In this document: positions 39,168-49,725 of the stretch, in pieces
Position numbering within the stretch: the first letter of the stretch is position 1
How the letters are laid out: each line of letters begins with the position of its first letter
NCBI GenBank assembly: GCA_963840855.1
Contig: CAWJBB010000021.1
Span: 32,001-96,000 of the forward strand
Length of the DNA stretch: 64,000 nt
Origin: an uncultured delta proteobacterium
Lineage (GTDB): Bacteria > Desulfobacterota > Binatia > UBA9968
Reading direction: 5' to 3'
The notes under the pieces: generated by a model
The model's input: only the letters and a program-made list of their open reading frames with translations
Databases searched by the model: none
What the model was told of the DNA's origin: nothing
Made by a program: the position numbers and the translations under genes

Positions 39168-39197
39168 GTTTGCTTGCAAATCCTTCGAAAAAATACC

Positions 39198-39284
39198 GTT
39201 CAAGGTTCAAGGGTTCAAAAGTTCAAGGGTTATTCCGAATCCGATTTTCCGGAAACTTTGAACTTTGAACATTGAACCTTGAAC
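39198..39284. repeat. Inverted heptamer tandem-repeat element
   Basis: GTTCAAGGTTCAAGGGTTCAAAAGTTCAAG ... TTTGAACTTTGAACATTGAACCTTGAAC. Confidence 0.85.
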
Positions 39285-39294
39285 CGGCATGTAA

Positions 39295-40392
39295 TCATGC
39301 CGTCCTCATGATGCGGGCCAGCGCTTCGATGAAGCGGCGGTTCTCTTCCATCGTCCCCACGGTGACGCGTACGTACTCTGGAAACTCATATGCGCCCATC
39401 GGCCGCACGATCACGGCCTGGGAAAGCAAACGCTGGAACACTTCGTTGCCGTTGCCGACGCGCACCAGAACGAAATTCCCGTGGCTTGGCACATAGGGCA
39501 AGCCAAGCCTGCTCATCTCCGAGTTGAGAAACTCCATACCCTGGCGATTAGCTTCGAGGCTTCTGCGCGCATGCTCTTTGTCATCCAGCGCGGCAAGCGC
39601 CGCCCACTGGGCCACGGCATTGATGTTGAATGGCTGGCGCACGCGCTGCATCAAGGCAATGACATCTCTGGAGGCCAGCCCGTAGCCGATCCGTAGCGCG
39701 GCCAATCCGTAGAGCTTGGAAAAAGTCCTGAGGGTGATAATCGTCTTGCCCCGGTCATGGTAGCGGAGCGAGTCCGGATATTCCGGGTCTCCAACATATT
39801 CAAAATAGGCCTCGTCGGCGATGATCAAGACTTCTTCGGGCAGCCGGTCCAAAAAACGTTCCCATTCGGCGCGCCGGTATATGGTGCCGGTCGGGTTGTT
39901 TGGGTTGGCGAGAAAAACGATTCTGGTCTTGGGCGACACCGCATTCGCGATAGCATCCAGATCATGGGTAAAGTTCCGCAGCGGAATTTCCTTGGCCACT
40001 CCGCCCACCGCTTGAACAATGAGCTTATAGACGATGAACGCCTGGCGGGCCATCACCGCTTCATCGCCCACGCGCATGAACGTCCGCGCCGCCAGCTCGA
40101 TGATTTCGTTGGAGCCGTTGCCGAAGATAATCTCGTCCGGCGCCACGCCAAGTCTTTTTGCCAGACTGTTTTTCAAATAGAAACAGTCGCCATCCGGGTA
40201 AAGATGCAGCTGGCCGAGGTTGGCGCGGATCGCTTCGAGCGCCCTCGGCGCTGGCCCGAGGGGATTTTCATTGGAGGCCAACTTAACCGAGTTGGCGATG
40301 CCGTATTCCCGCTCCACCTCTTCGATTGGCTTGCCCGGCGCGTAGGGAACGAGCGTGCGGATATATTCCGGTACCTGATCGATGGGTTTCAT
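39295..40392 (-). CDS. hisC: Histidinol-phosphate aminotransferase
   Basis: KLASNENP, NPNNPTG, DEAY, RTFSKLYGLA. Confidence 0.95.
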   Translation of the reverse strand: MKPIDQVPEYIRTLVPYAPGKPIEEVEREYGIANSVKLASNENPLGPAPRALEAIRANLGQLHLYPDGDCFYLKNSLAKRLGVAPDEIIFGNGSNEIIELAARTFMRVGDEAVMARQAFIVYKLIVQAVGGVAKEIPLRNFTHDLDAIANAVSPKTRIVFLANPNNPTGTIYRRAEWERFLDRLPEEVLIIADEAYFEYVGDPEYPDSLRYHDRGKTIITLRTFSKLYGLAALRIGYGLASRDVIALMQRVRQPFNINAVAQWAALAALDDKEHARRSLEANRQGMEFLNSEMSRLGLPYVPSHGNFVLVRVGNGNEVFQRLLSQAVIVRPMGAYEFPEYVRVTVGTMEENRRFIEALARIMRTA

Positions 40393-41465
40393 GCGCCGCT
40401 CGGATATGATCCTAGAATTTTAAAAAACACACAGTGCCGCTCCAGTTGGCCGATGGCACTTTTCACCCGCGGCTCGTTCCTGTGTCCCTTCAGATCGAGA
40501 AAAAACATATACTCCCAAGGCTTGTTCTTGATCGGCCGCGATTCGATCTTGCTTAAATTGATCCGGCGGTTGGCAAAGGGCCGCAGCATGCGGTGCAAAA
40601 TCCCCGGCTCGTCTTTGACGGAAAAGGCCAGCGAAGTCTTATCGCGCCGGGACGGCTTTGCTTCTTGGTCGCCGATCACCAAAAAGCGCGTGATGTTTTG
40701 GCTCTGGTCTTCGATGTTAGCCGCGACTATTTTTAAATCGTAAATCTCCGCCGCCAAGCTGCTGGAAACCGCCCCGATGGAACCGTTTTGCGCCGCCGCC
40801 GAGGCGGCATGGGACGTGCTCGGCACCTCTTCCAATTCCACTTTCGGAAAATGGCGGCTGAGCCAACCGCGGCATTGCGCCAGCGCCTGGGGATGGGAGA
40901 CGATTTTTGTAATTTCGCCAGCGCGGCCACCTCGTGACAGGAGATTGTGATGGATACCCAGAAAACTTTCGGCGCAAATCTGCAACTGCGAATCCACTAG
41001 CAAGTCCAGCGTATAGGCCACCACTCCCTCGGTTGAGTTCTCGATGGGCACGACGCCGAAAGCAACCCGCCCGCGCGCTACATCCTGAAAAACTTCCGCG
41101 ATGCTGGCGGTGGGCAGGAGCACCGCCGTGGCGCCGAATTTTCGCCGCGCGGCCAGATGCGAATAGCTCGCTTCGGCGCCGAAGAACGCGACCTTCAACG
41201 GCGCTTCGAGACTGCGGCAAGCCGCAATGACTTCCCGGAAAACGGATTGAACGGCTGGTGCTGGAAGCGGACCGCGGTTGAGCTTGGAAACTCTCTGGAG
41301 GATTTCCTGCTCGCGGCTGGGGACGTAGATTTCTTGGTTGGTTAGCCTTTTGTGATGGCCAATTCGCTGCGCCAGAGAAGCCCTGTCGTTCAGCAGCCTT
41401 ACTATTTTTTCATCAGCTTGATCGATCTTTTTTCTAAGAGCATCGACCGACTCAATACGGTTCAA
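40389..41465 (-). CDS. pheA: Chorismate mutase/prephenate dehydratase
   Basis: N-terminal CM domain, PIENSTEG, SHPQALAQC, TRF, IESRP. Confidence 0.95.
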   Translation of the reverse strand: MNRIESVDALRKKIDQADEKIVRLLNDRASLAQRIGHHKRLTNQEIYVPSREQEILQRVSKLNRGPLPAPAVQSVFREVIAACRSLEAPLKVAFFGAEASYSHLAARRKFGATAVLLPTASIAEVFQDVARGRVAFGVVPIENSTEGVVAYTLDLLVDSQLQICAESFLGIHHNLLSRGGRAGEITKIVSHPQALAQCRGWLSRHFPKVELEEVPSTSHAASAAAQNGSIGAVSSSLAAEIYDLKIVAANIEDQSQNITRFLVIGDQEAKPSRRDKTSLAFSVKDEPGILHRMLRPFANRRINLSKIESRPIKNKPWEYMFFLDLKGHRNEPRVKSAIGQLERHCVFFKILGSYPSGA

Positions 41466-41608
41466 TGACTACCTCACCTGGGTGCGCGCACCGACCCTCG
41501 GCATGCGCCATGCTGTGTTCGTAAGCTATCTTAATCGCTACGGAATTGCAAATATTGATAAATTTCGACTTGACCCGATCGGGGCCATGGCTGTAACTAT
41601 CAAGGATA

Positions 41609-42505
41609 GTGCAAGAGATCATAGTTCCAGAGGCTCAAACGGGCAAGAAAATCGAGAATTTTCTCACGAGAAATTTTCCCATCGGCTACGTGCGCAAGCT
41701 GTTTCGTAAAAACGGCGTACGCCTGAACGGCAAACGCGCCAAGGCGCACGATCTAGTTCGACCTGGAGACCGGATCGAGCTTTTCATCCCTTTCGAGCCT
41801 GAGACCAGGCCGGCCGAAGGCCCGCCAGCCGAACCATCGGAGATCGATGTTCTCTTCGAAAGCGCTGAACTCCTGGTGCTCAATAAACCCGCCGGCCTCG
41901 CCGTCCATGAAGCGAAAGCCATCGCAAAGAATCGCACGCTTCTCGGTCTTCTCGAAGCGTATTTTCGAGGAACGCCATTCAAGCCGCGCCTGGTCCACCG
42001 CTTGGACAAGGACACGTCAGGCGTTTTGCTGGTCGCGAAAAATGTCGAGGTTGCGCAAGAAATCGCGACCTACTTCGAGGAGGGAAAGGTTGACAAGGAA
42101 TATCTCTGCCTGGTGGCCGGCCGGTTGCCGCGAAATACCGGCACCATCGACTCCCCTTTGCCTGGGCGGGATGGAAAACCCGTGCGGGCCATAACCCACT
42201 ATCGAATTGAAAAACGGTTTTCCGATACGACAATGGTCCGCGTGACCATCGAAACCGGCAGAATGCATCAAATCAGGCTGCACTTCGCGAAACTCGGTTA
42301 CCCCGTCGTCTTAGATAGCCGGCATGGAGACTTCGGTTTCAACAAGTCTTTTCGCAAACGCTTCGGTCTCAAACGCCATTTTCTCCATGCGGCGCGCCTG
42401 ACCATGAGTTTTCGCGGCAACAGATTCACTTGGGTGGCGCCGTCCCCCGATGATTTACAGCGAACCGTCGAAGGGCTCGCCGCCGCGCAACTGAGCCGAG
42501 TCTAA
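41609..42505 (+). CDS. RluA/RluC-family pseudouridine synthase
   Basis: S4 domain, NKPAG, HRLDKDTSG, TGRMHQIR. Confidence 0.95.
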   Translation: MQEIIVPEAQTGKKIENFLTRNFPIGYVRKLFRKNGVRLNGKRAKAHDLVRPGDRIELFIPFEPETRPAEGPPAEPSEIDVLFESAELLVLNKPAGLAVHEAKAIAKNRTLLGLLEAYFRGTPFKPRLVHRLDKDTSGVLLVAKNVEVAQEIATYFEEGKVDKEYLCLVAGRLPRNTGTIDSPLPGRDGKPVRAITHYRIEKRFSDTTMVRVTIETGRMHQIRLHFAKLGYPVVLDSRHGDFGFNKSFRKRFGLKRHFLHAARLTMSFRGNRFTWVAPSPDDLQRTVEGLAAAQLSRV

Positions 42506-42513
42506 CGTCCCCG

Positions 42514-43149
42514 TCAAAGTTTGAAAACCAACATAATGCCGTCGCGCAGCGGCAGAAGCACGTTGTCGACGCGCGGATCGTGGCGAATTCTTTTATTGAG
42601 CGCGTCGATGGCCTGGCTGCCGGGGTCCTTGGGATCGAGCACCCGGCCGCTCCTGAGCATATTGTCCAAGACGATCAGCCCTTTGGAGCGCACCAATTCC
42701 ATGCACGCGTCGTAGTAATCGCCGTAGGATTCTTTGTCGGCGTCGATAAAACAGATATCGAACGGCCCGGGGATGAACTTGAGCGAAAACAAAGCCGGTC
42801 CTAGTTTTACTTCGATTTTATCGGCATGCGCGCTCTGAGCGAAATATTGGCGGGCAATTTCGGTGGTCTCTGGATTGATATCGCAGCTGACGATATGGCC
42901 GCCTTTGGGCAGCGCCTCGGCCCAAGCCAGCGTGCTGTAACCGGTAAACATGCCGATCTCTAGAATCCGCCGAGCCCCGGTCATGCGCACCAACATTTTG
43001 AGAAACGCGCCCTCCAGCGCGCCGACCATCATTGCCGGGCTACGGGTCTTGGTGAAAGTCTCGAGCCATAACTTGGAATGGATATCCGACAGCGGCTTGC
43101 TATGGCGCTCAGCATAGTCCTCGATTCCCAGTGGTCTTAAATCAATCAT
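42514..43149 (-). CDS. O-methyltransferase (CCoAOMT/Methyltransf_3)
   Basis: LEIGMFTGYS, FIDADK, LDNML. Confidence 0.9.
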   Translation of the reverse strand: MIDLRPLGIEDYAERHSKPLSDIHSKLWLETFTKTRSPAMMVGALEGAFLKMLVRMTGARRILEIGMFTGYSTLAWAEALPKGGHIVSCDINPETTEIARQYFAQSAHADKIEVKLGPALFSLKFIPGPFDICFIDADKESYGDYYDACMELVRSKGLIVLDNMLRSGRVLDPKDPGSQAIDALNKRIRHDPRVDNVLLPLRDGIMLVFKL

Positions 43150-43174
43150 GGCATCTCCTCGCTTCGCTCGGAAT

Positions 43175-43342
43175 CGCAAATTTCAGATGTCACATTGCAA
43201 AAACGAGCTTTGCATTTTTCATTCCGCATTTTGCGTTCTGCCTTCGACATTCTCAAATCTGAATTGTCTACTTTTTCTTCCATCAGTCCCTTCCAACGGC
43301 TTTAACGACTGGAACCGTTGGAACGTTTGAAACCATTGGAGC
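43175..43342. repeat. Composite short tandem-repeat region (TTTGCAT heptamers plus TGGAAC nonamers)
   Basis: TTTGCATTTTTCATTCCGCATTTTGCG; ACTGGAACCGTTGGAACGTTTGAAACCATTGGAGCC. Confidence 0.6.
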
Positions 43343-43343
43343 C

Positions 43344-44093
43344 TTAGGGTCCCGTGAGTCGCATTCCGCCGTCCACCGGAAGTATCGCCGCCGTCACCAT
43401 CGAAGCTTCGTCCGAGGCCAGATAGAGCGCCGCATAGGCAACATCTTCCGGTTCCCCGATCCGGCCAATTGGCACTCTGGTTTTGTAACGCGCCAACTTC
43501 TCTGGTGTGGACGTATCCACCATCGGTGTTCGCGTCGGACCAGGGCAGATGCAGTTCACGCGAATCTTATCCTTGGCGTGATCCATGGCCATCGCTTCGG
43601 TGAGCCGCACCATGCCGCCTTTAGAGGCGCAATAGGCCGCCCGTCCCGACTGTCCGAGCATTCCGGACCGCGCCGCAATATGGAGAATCACACCGCCGCC
43701 GCGTTTTTTCATCTCCGGAATCGCCAGACGCGAAACTATGAAAGCGCCTTTTAGATTGACGTCTAGGGTGCGATCCCAATCCTCTTCCGTGATGTCGGTG
43801 ATGCTGCCGTTGGTGCGCACGCCGCCGCTGTTCACGACGATATCGATGCTCCCAAACTGCCGGACGGTTTCATCGATCAAAGTTTTCATCTGTGCCGAGT
43901 CGGAAACATCGCCGGGCCAGAACAATGCTTTGCCGCCGAGTTTCTCGACCATGGCAACGGTCTCCCGCCCCTTAGATTCGGTGGGCGAGGTGCCCGTCAC
44001 CGCCGCGCCTTCCTTGGCGAACATCACGGCGATGGCCTGGCCCAAGCCGGAACCGAAGCCGGTGATGAACGCCACTTTCCCTTTGAGTTTCAT
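43344..44093 (-). CDS. SDR family oxidoreductase
   Basis: TGFGSGLG, YCASK, VNCICPG. Confidence 0.95.
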   Translation of the reverse strand: MKLKGKVAFITGFGSGLGQAIAVMFAKEGAAVTGTSPTESKGRETVAMVEKLGGKALFWPGDVSDSAQMKTLIDETVRQFGSIDIVVNSGGVRTNGSITDITEEDWDRTLDVNLKGAFIVSRLAIPEMKKRGGGVILHIAARSGMLGQSGRAAYCASKGGMVRLTEAMAMDHAKDKIRVNCICPGPTRTPMVDTSTPEKLARYKTRVPIGRIGEPEDVAYAALYLASDEASMVTAAILPVDGGMRLTGP

Positions 44094-44199
44094 CGCGCTC
44101 TAACCTCCTTGGCAATCAACATATACCTTCGACGCCGGGTTGACTCAACTCTCACCGGTTGTTAACTTCATCCAACGATTTTAGCGGGATCGACAAAAA

Positions 44200-45457
44200 A
44201 TGAGCGCCAATGCCAACGAAAGAGTCCCGGTTACCGTACTGACGGGTTTTCTGGGCGCGGGAAAAACAACCCTTCTCAATCGCATACTCACCGCCGAACA
44301 TGGCCGCCGGGTCGCCGTCATCGTCAATGAGTTCGGCGAAGTGGGAATCGACCACCATTTGCTGATCTCCTCGGACCAGGAAATCGTGGAGATGAGCAAC
44401 GGTTGTATTTGCTGCACCGTGCGCGGCGATCTCTTGCGCAGCCTGTTTCAACTGCTCGAACACAAATCGAAGTTCGACACTTTGATGATTGAAACGACCG
44501 GCCTCGCCGACCCTGCTCCGGTGGTCCAGAGCTTTTTCGTCGACGAGCGGATCAAAAGCGAGTACCAGCTCAATGGCGTCGTCACCGTCGTCGACGCCAA
44601 ACATATCTTTCAACAGCTCGGCAATTCGCCTGAGGCCAAAGAGCAGATCGCCTTCGCCGACATGGTGCTGTTAAACAAAACCGATCTCATCAACCCCGAA
44701 GACCTGCCGGAGCTGGAATATAAGATCAGAAATCTGAACGGCGCCGCGCGCATCTGCCAGACGAGAAATTCCGACGTGGACATCGGCATGGTCCTGGATC
44801 TGCGCAGCCTCGAGCCTCGAGGTCAAAGCCGAACAGCACGACCACAATCACAAACACACGGAAGACATCGAAACGGTCGCCATCGTGACTGCGGGCGATC
44901 TCGACGGCGTCAAAATCAGCCAATGGTTTCGCGAGCTGATCGCCGAGTTCGGCGCACGGATCATGCGCATGAAAGGGATTCTCAACCTGCGCAAAGACCC
45001 CGATCAATTTGTTTTCCAGGGCGTGCACATGCTTTTCGAGGGCCGGCCGGGGCGCCCGTGGGGAGACGCCGAAGACAGAATAAACCGTCTCGTCTTCATC
45101 GGCCGCGAACTGAACAAAGAAAAAATCACTCGAGGTTTCATGGACTGCATCACGGCTGAAAACGGCGACGCTTCAGCCGCCGACGTCGATCCCTTCGGGC
45201 GCAAGCAGGATGTTTCAAATTTTACCCTGGACCAAATCCGCTACTGGGTGCAAACAATCCTCACCTTTCCACCCGATGCGCCCATAGTCATTAAAGAAGT
45301 GCCCTGCGTGAAAGCCGGCTGCCCGCCGGTGGAAACCGCGATCATGGTTTTCTTGCCCGCCGAGCCACCGAGAGTTTTCAAGATTCTCGCGCGTATCAAT
45401 GATGTGACCTTCGATCATGTCTATAACCTGATCGAAAATCCCCTTCCCTGCTGTTAA
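44200..45457 (+). CDS. CobW/COG0523 metallochaperone GTPase with extra C-terminal Cys domain; frameshift near 44815
   Basis: GFLGAGKT, GCICC, ETTG, NKTD; CobW_C (RMKG, FQGVH) in the next frame. Confidence 0.9.
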
Positions 45458-45486
45458 TTCGCAACGGCGGATTGCGACACAGCCTG

Positions 45487-47130
45487 TTAACGAAACCAGG
45501 AAAGATTCTCGAACTCGATGAACGCCGCCTCGAGGCGCCACTGCTCCAGCGCGCGCTCGCTGCGCTCGAGAAGTTTGTCGCAACTCTCCGATGGCAGCCG
45601 CGTACCGGGAGCATCCGCGCTGCAGGCTAATGCCATAATGTAAGGGGCATTGCTGCGCCAGAGGCTTTCGCCGGGAAGGAAACTGTATTCCAGGCTATTG
45701 CGCGCCAGCCGTTTTAGATCCGGGTAGGTCAGACCATAATCGCGCACGGCGCGGAGAAATTCATTACTGAGGTCAATTCGGGCTACGCCTTCGTCGTCGG
45801 AGGCCAGGACAACCGGCACCCCGGCCTTGAGATAATCCGGCAGCGGATGATCCGCGCCTTTAACGTTAAGAATGACATCGTTGCTGGTCAGGCAGATCTC
45901 GACCGCCACGCCCCGCTGTTTCATCTTCGCCATGAGCTCGAAGGGCTCGTCTTCGTGGAGAATATCTACGCCATGGCCAATTCTGCGCGCTTTGGCGATT
46001 TCCACCGCCTGACGGATATGAAAGCGCAGGTCCTCGGGGCGGACCAGGCCCATGGTTAGCTCGCCGGCGTGTAGCGAAATCTTGACTTCGGGGAGTTGGC
46101 TGGCGAGGTAGCCCACCATCGTCATGTGCAGACTATAATCCCGCAGCGCCACCGTATGGTCCTCTGGCGCCACGAGATTGATGCCCACCACGAGTGGTTC
46201 GGCTTTGGAAAGCTCGAAGGCAAAAGCAAACTGGGCGAATACCTGCTCCGGTTGGCCCACCCGGTTGGTTTGCGCCATCAGACGCCCCGTAACGTTGCAC
46301 GCCGGCTGCGCTTCGGTGGGGCTATCGCATTTTAGCGACTCACGGTATGTACGCACGCGATTGTTCAGGTCGATCCGGGCTCGGTTCACGAGCGTTCCCA
46401 ACCCGTTGGCGAGCAGCCATTGCCGCTGCTTGCCGAAGTCGCCTTGATCCTGAGGATCTATCTTGGGCATCTTTCCCGCTAGTTCATAGACGGCGTCACT
46501 CTCAAAGGTGAGCATGATCTCAAGATACTGGATATTTTGTGACGCCGCGCGATTGGCCACTTCGGTCAGCATCTCCACGCCGTGCTCGTAAGGATTCGAC
46601 GCAGCGCCGAAGCCACCGAACGAGGCAAAGAACTGATCGTGGCCGGATTGGCCGGCAAAGTCGAGATTGCGGGTGGAAAGCTTGTTAATGAGAGCATCCC
46701 GCGCCGCGTTTTTTTGCATCAAGGTTTTCGCTAGAGGCGTTTGGTCGCTTTCCTTGCAAGGCGGCGGGACCAAACGTTGCGCCGCAAGGTCGACGCAAAA
46801 GTTTCCTTCCGCCGCCCACTCCAGATAGCTTTCCGCATACACCGCGCCACTCAGGTGCGAATGAAGATCGCCGCCCTTGGGCATACGTTGCACAAAGGCG
46901 CGCAGCATGGGCGGACGATGGCGATGCGCCTCGAACCAAGCCGCGGCGCGGTCGGTGGCCGGACTCGACGCGTCAGTGGCGATTCCGACAGAACGGTCAA
47001 CCGAGGGCCTTGTTGAACCCGTCTCCAGTGGTTGGGTCACACAGGCGTTAACAGACATTGTCAATGCGGCAAGTGCGCCGAGCAGCTTTGCGGTTCTTAA
47101 GCCCTACTGGCCGGTGGTCATCATGTCCAT
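45487..47130 (-). CDS. Adenosine deaminase-like putative lipoprotein; in-frame TAG at codon 9
   Basis: PKGGDLHSHLSG, HAGE, RIGHG, CLTSN, SDDEG; lipobox-like VNAC. Confidence 0.85.
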
Positions 47131-47267
47131 GAGCAACACCTATGTTGCTTGGAAGCGGACTGAGTCAACAACGCCCCGCGCAATGTTCGCTATCAATGAA
47201 GCTTCGATGCGGCGGGTTTGAAAAGCGCACCCAAACCCTTTCTCGGCAGAGATCTAGAATCCAATTA

Positions 47268-48675
47268 CTACTCCGCCGCGAGCTTGTGCACGAGCTCATA
47301 CATGCCGCGCAGGCCGGCGCGCAGGCTCTGGATAGTCATTCTTTCATCGATTCCGTGTACCATACCGCCCTCGGAGGCGGGATTGCGCAGCGGCATAAAT
47401 CCAAAACAAGGAAAACCCTTCTCACGAAAAAAATGACAGTCGGTAAAACCCCGCACCAGCGGCGATACCACCGCGACGCCGTCGTTGTTTTTCGCCATCT
47501 CGGTAATGATTCCCATCGCCTCCGGGTGCGGCGGCGAAGTCGCCGGCGGAAATGACAGGATGACCTCGATCTTGATCGAATCATCGCCGATGATTTTCTT
47601 TAGCTCTTTAATGAACTCCTGGGGATCCTCGCCGGGCAGGAGTCGCACATCGAGCTCGGCTGTGGCCTCTGCGGGGATGACGTTGGTTTTTTCAGAGGCC
47701 TTGATCACCGTGATCGCAATCGTATTACGTACGCGCGGCGTCATTGCGCGAGTCCTTGGCAAATTCCGCAGCGAACGCTGGATCTTGCAAAGAAGCGCGC
47801 AGATCGAGATATTTCTTGCGCCGCTCGTCTGGCTCGGAGTTCGCCGTTTGGGCATAGAACTTCTGCACTTCGGGCACGACTTTGATCGGCGCGCGATATT
47901 GCGTAACGCGCTGCAATGCCGCGATGAGCTTGTTCACCGCAAGGTTGCTGGCGGGTGTAGAACCATGGCCGGGTTGTCCTCGAGCGGTCAAACGCAGCCA
48001 GAGCGGCGTCTTTTCCGCTATGCTGACGCTGTATTCCCGTGCTTTGCCGTCCGTGCCCAGTCTTATGCCGCCGCCTTCGTTCAAAACCAGACCGACGTTG
48101 GCAAACAATTCCGGATGCTTTTCCAGCAAATATCCCGCGCCCATGGCGCCGCCCGCCTCTTCATCGGCGGTGCCGAGAAAAATCACGTCGCCTTTGAGCG
48201 GGATATTCTGGCGCTTCAACGCCAAAAGTGTCATTAACTCCGCCACCGCCGGCCCTTTATTATCCAGCGCGCCGCGGCCCCAGATCTGCCCATCCTTGAT
48301 GAGCCCGCTGAACGGCGGCTCTTTCCATTCTTTCGGGTTGGCGGGGACCACGTCCATGTGATTGAGCAAGAGCACGGCTTTCTTGGTTCCGTTGCCGCGC
48401 AAGCGGGCGAAAATATTGCCCCGCCCCGGCGCCGACTCGATGATCCGCGCTTCGATGCCGGCGTGGTCGAAGATTTGCTTGAAGAACTGAGCGGCCTTGA
48501 TTTCGTTGCCCGGCGGATTGGTGGTATCGATTTGGATGTAGCGGCTGAGAGTCGATACCGCTTCGTCTTCTAAGCCCTTCCAGTCAAGCTTGACTTCGGC
48601 CGCGTATCCGCCCGCAACCGCAGCCAAGGTAACCAGCACCACCGCGACGGGATTGAAGCGTTTTCTTCCATTCAT
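47268..48675 (-). CDS. Secreted M20 family metallopeptidase/acylase; frameshift near 47730
   Basis: NPPGNE, HMDVV, GRGALDNKG, DEEAGG, HGIDER. Confidence 0.9.
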
Positions 48676-48695
48676 AGTGCGCCTCAAGTATAACT

Positions 48696-49613
48696 TTAAG
48701 ACGAGAGAAAGCCGTTGACGGTTTTCAATATTTCCTGCTGTTGGTTTGGGTGATACCAAAGAACCTCCCGGTCGCCGCGAAACCAGGTGAGCTGTCGCCT
48801 GGCGAGATGACGAGTTTCCTGTTTCATTTCTTCAAGCGCGTCCGAGTGTTCTTGCACGCCCTGTAAAACTCGGCCCATCTGAAGATAGCCGACGCTGCGC
48901 AGCGGTCTTAGGTCCAAAGCGTAACCCTTAGCGGCTAATTCCTGTACTTCTTCCAACAGACCGTCCTGAATCATCCGATCGCAACGTCGGTTGATGCGAT
49001 CATACAGCTCGCCCCGTTCGCGGTTCAAACCGATTTTGAGCACCTGAAACGGCTGCTCTTGGAATGCATGCTCCCGCTGCCACTCGCTAAGCCGCCTACC
49101 CGTGAGCTCATAAACCTCTAATGCACGGATCGTGCGCTGGCGATCATTGGGATGAATCGAGGACGTTACCGTCGGATCGAGATCGACCAAACGTTGATAT
49201 AGAGAGCTCAAGCCGCTTTCGTCAATTTCTTGTTCGAACCGCCGGCGAATTTCCGGATCCTGTCCGGGTCCTTCGAAGAGCCCGCGGGTTAACGCCTTGA
49301 GATACAATCCGGTGCCGCCGCAAACGATCACATTCTTATTCCTTTCATGAATTTGCCAAATGATTTCCGTAGCCACGTGACGGAACATCGCGGCGTTAAA
49401 CTCTTCATCGGGTTTGACGACATCGATCAGGTGATGGCGGATGCGCCCGCGGTCGGATATCGACGGCTTTCCCGTGCCGATGTCCATATAGCGGTACACC
49501 TGTTGCGAATCAGCGTTGACTATCTCCCCGCGGATTCGGGCGGACAGTTCCAGCGCAAGTTCGCTTTTGCCAACCGCCGTGGGACCGACGATAACAACGA
49601 TTTTGGCTTTCAT
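48696..49613 (-). CDS. miaA: tRNA dimethylallyltransferase
   Basis: GPTAVGKS, DSQQVY, GGTGLY, RQLTWF. Confidence 0.95.
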   Translation of the reverse strand: MKAKIVVIVGPTAVGKSELALELSARIRGEIVNADSQQVYRYMDIGTGKPSISDRGRIRHHLIDVVKPDEEFNAAMFRHVATEIIWQIHERNKNVIVCGGTGLYLKALTRGLFEGPGQDPEIRRRFEQEIDESGLSSLYQRLVDLDPTVTSSIHPNDRQRTIRALEVYELTGRRLSEWQREHAFQEQPFQVLKIGLNRERGELYDRINRRCDRMIQDGLLEEVQELAAKGYALDLRPLRSVGYLQMGRVLQGVQEHSDALEEMKQETRHLARRQLTWFRGDREVLWYHPNQQQEILKTVNGFLSS

Positions 49614-49630
49614 CGAACTCGAAGCGTTCT

Positions 49631-49717
49631 GTTCAAGGTTCAATGTTCAAAAGTTCAAGGTTGATTCTAGGAATCCTCCGCTCCGCCACTTTGAACATTG
49701 AACGTTGAACTTTGAAC
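49631..49717. repeat. Inverted heptamer tandem-repeat element
   Basis: GTTCAAGGTTCAATGTTCAAAAGTTCAAG ... TTTGAACATTGAACGTTGAACTTTGAAC. Confidence 0.85.
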
Positions 49718-49725
49718 GGCGAAGC

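Noticed and set aside
47104-47106. Pyrrolysine or stop-codon reassignment
   Set aside because: TAG terminates many genes normally in this window (lexA, cmk, tatD), and no pyl genes are seen
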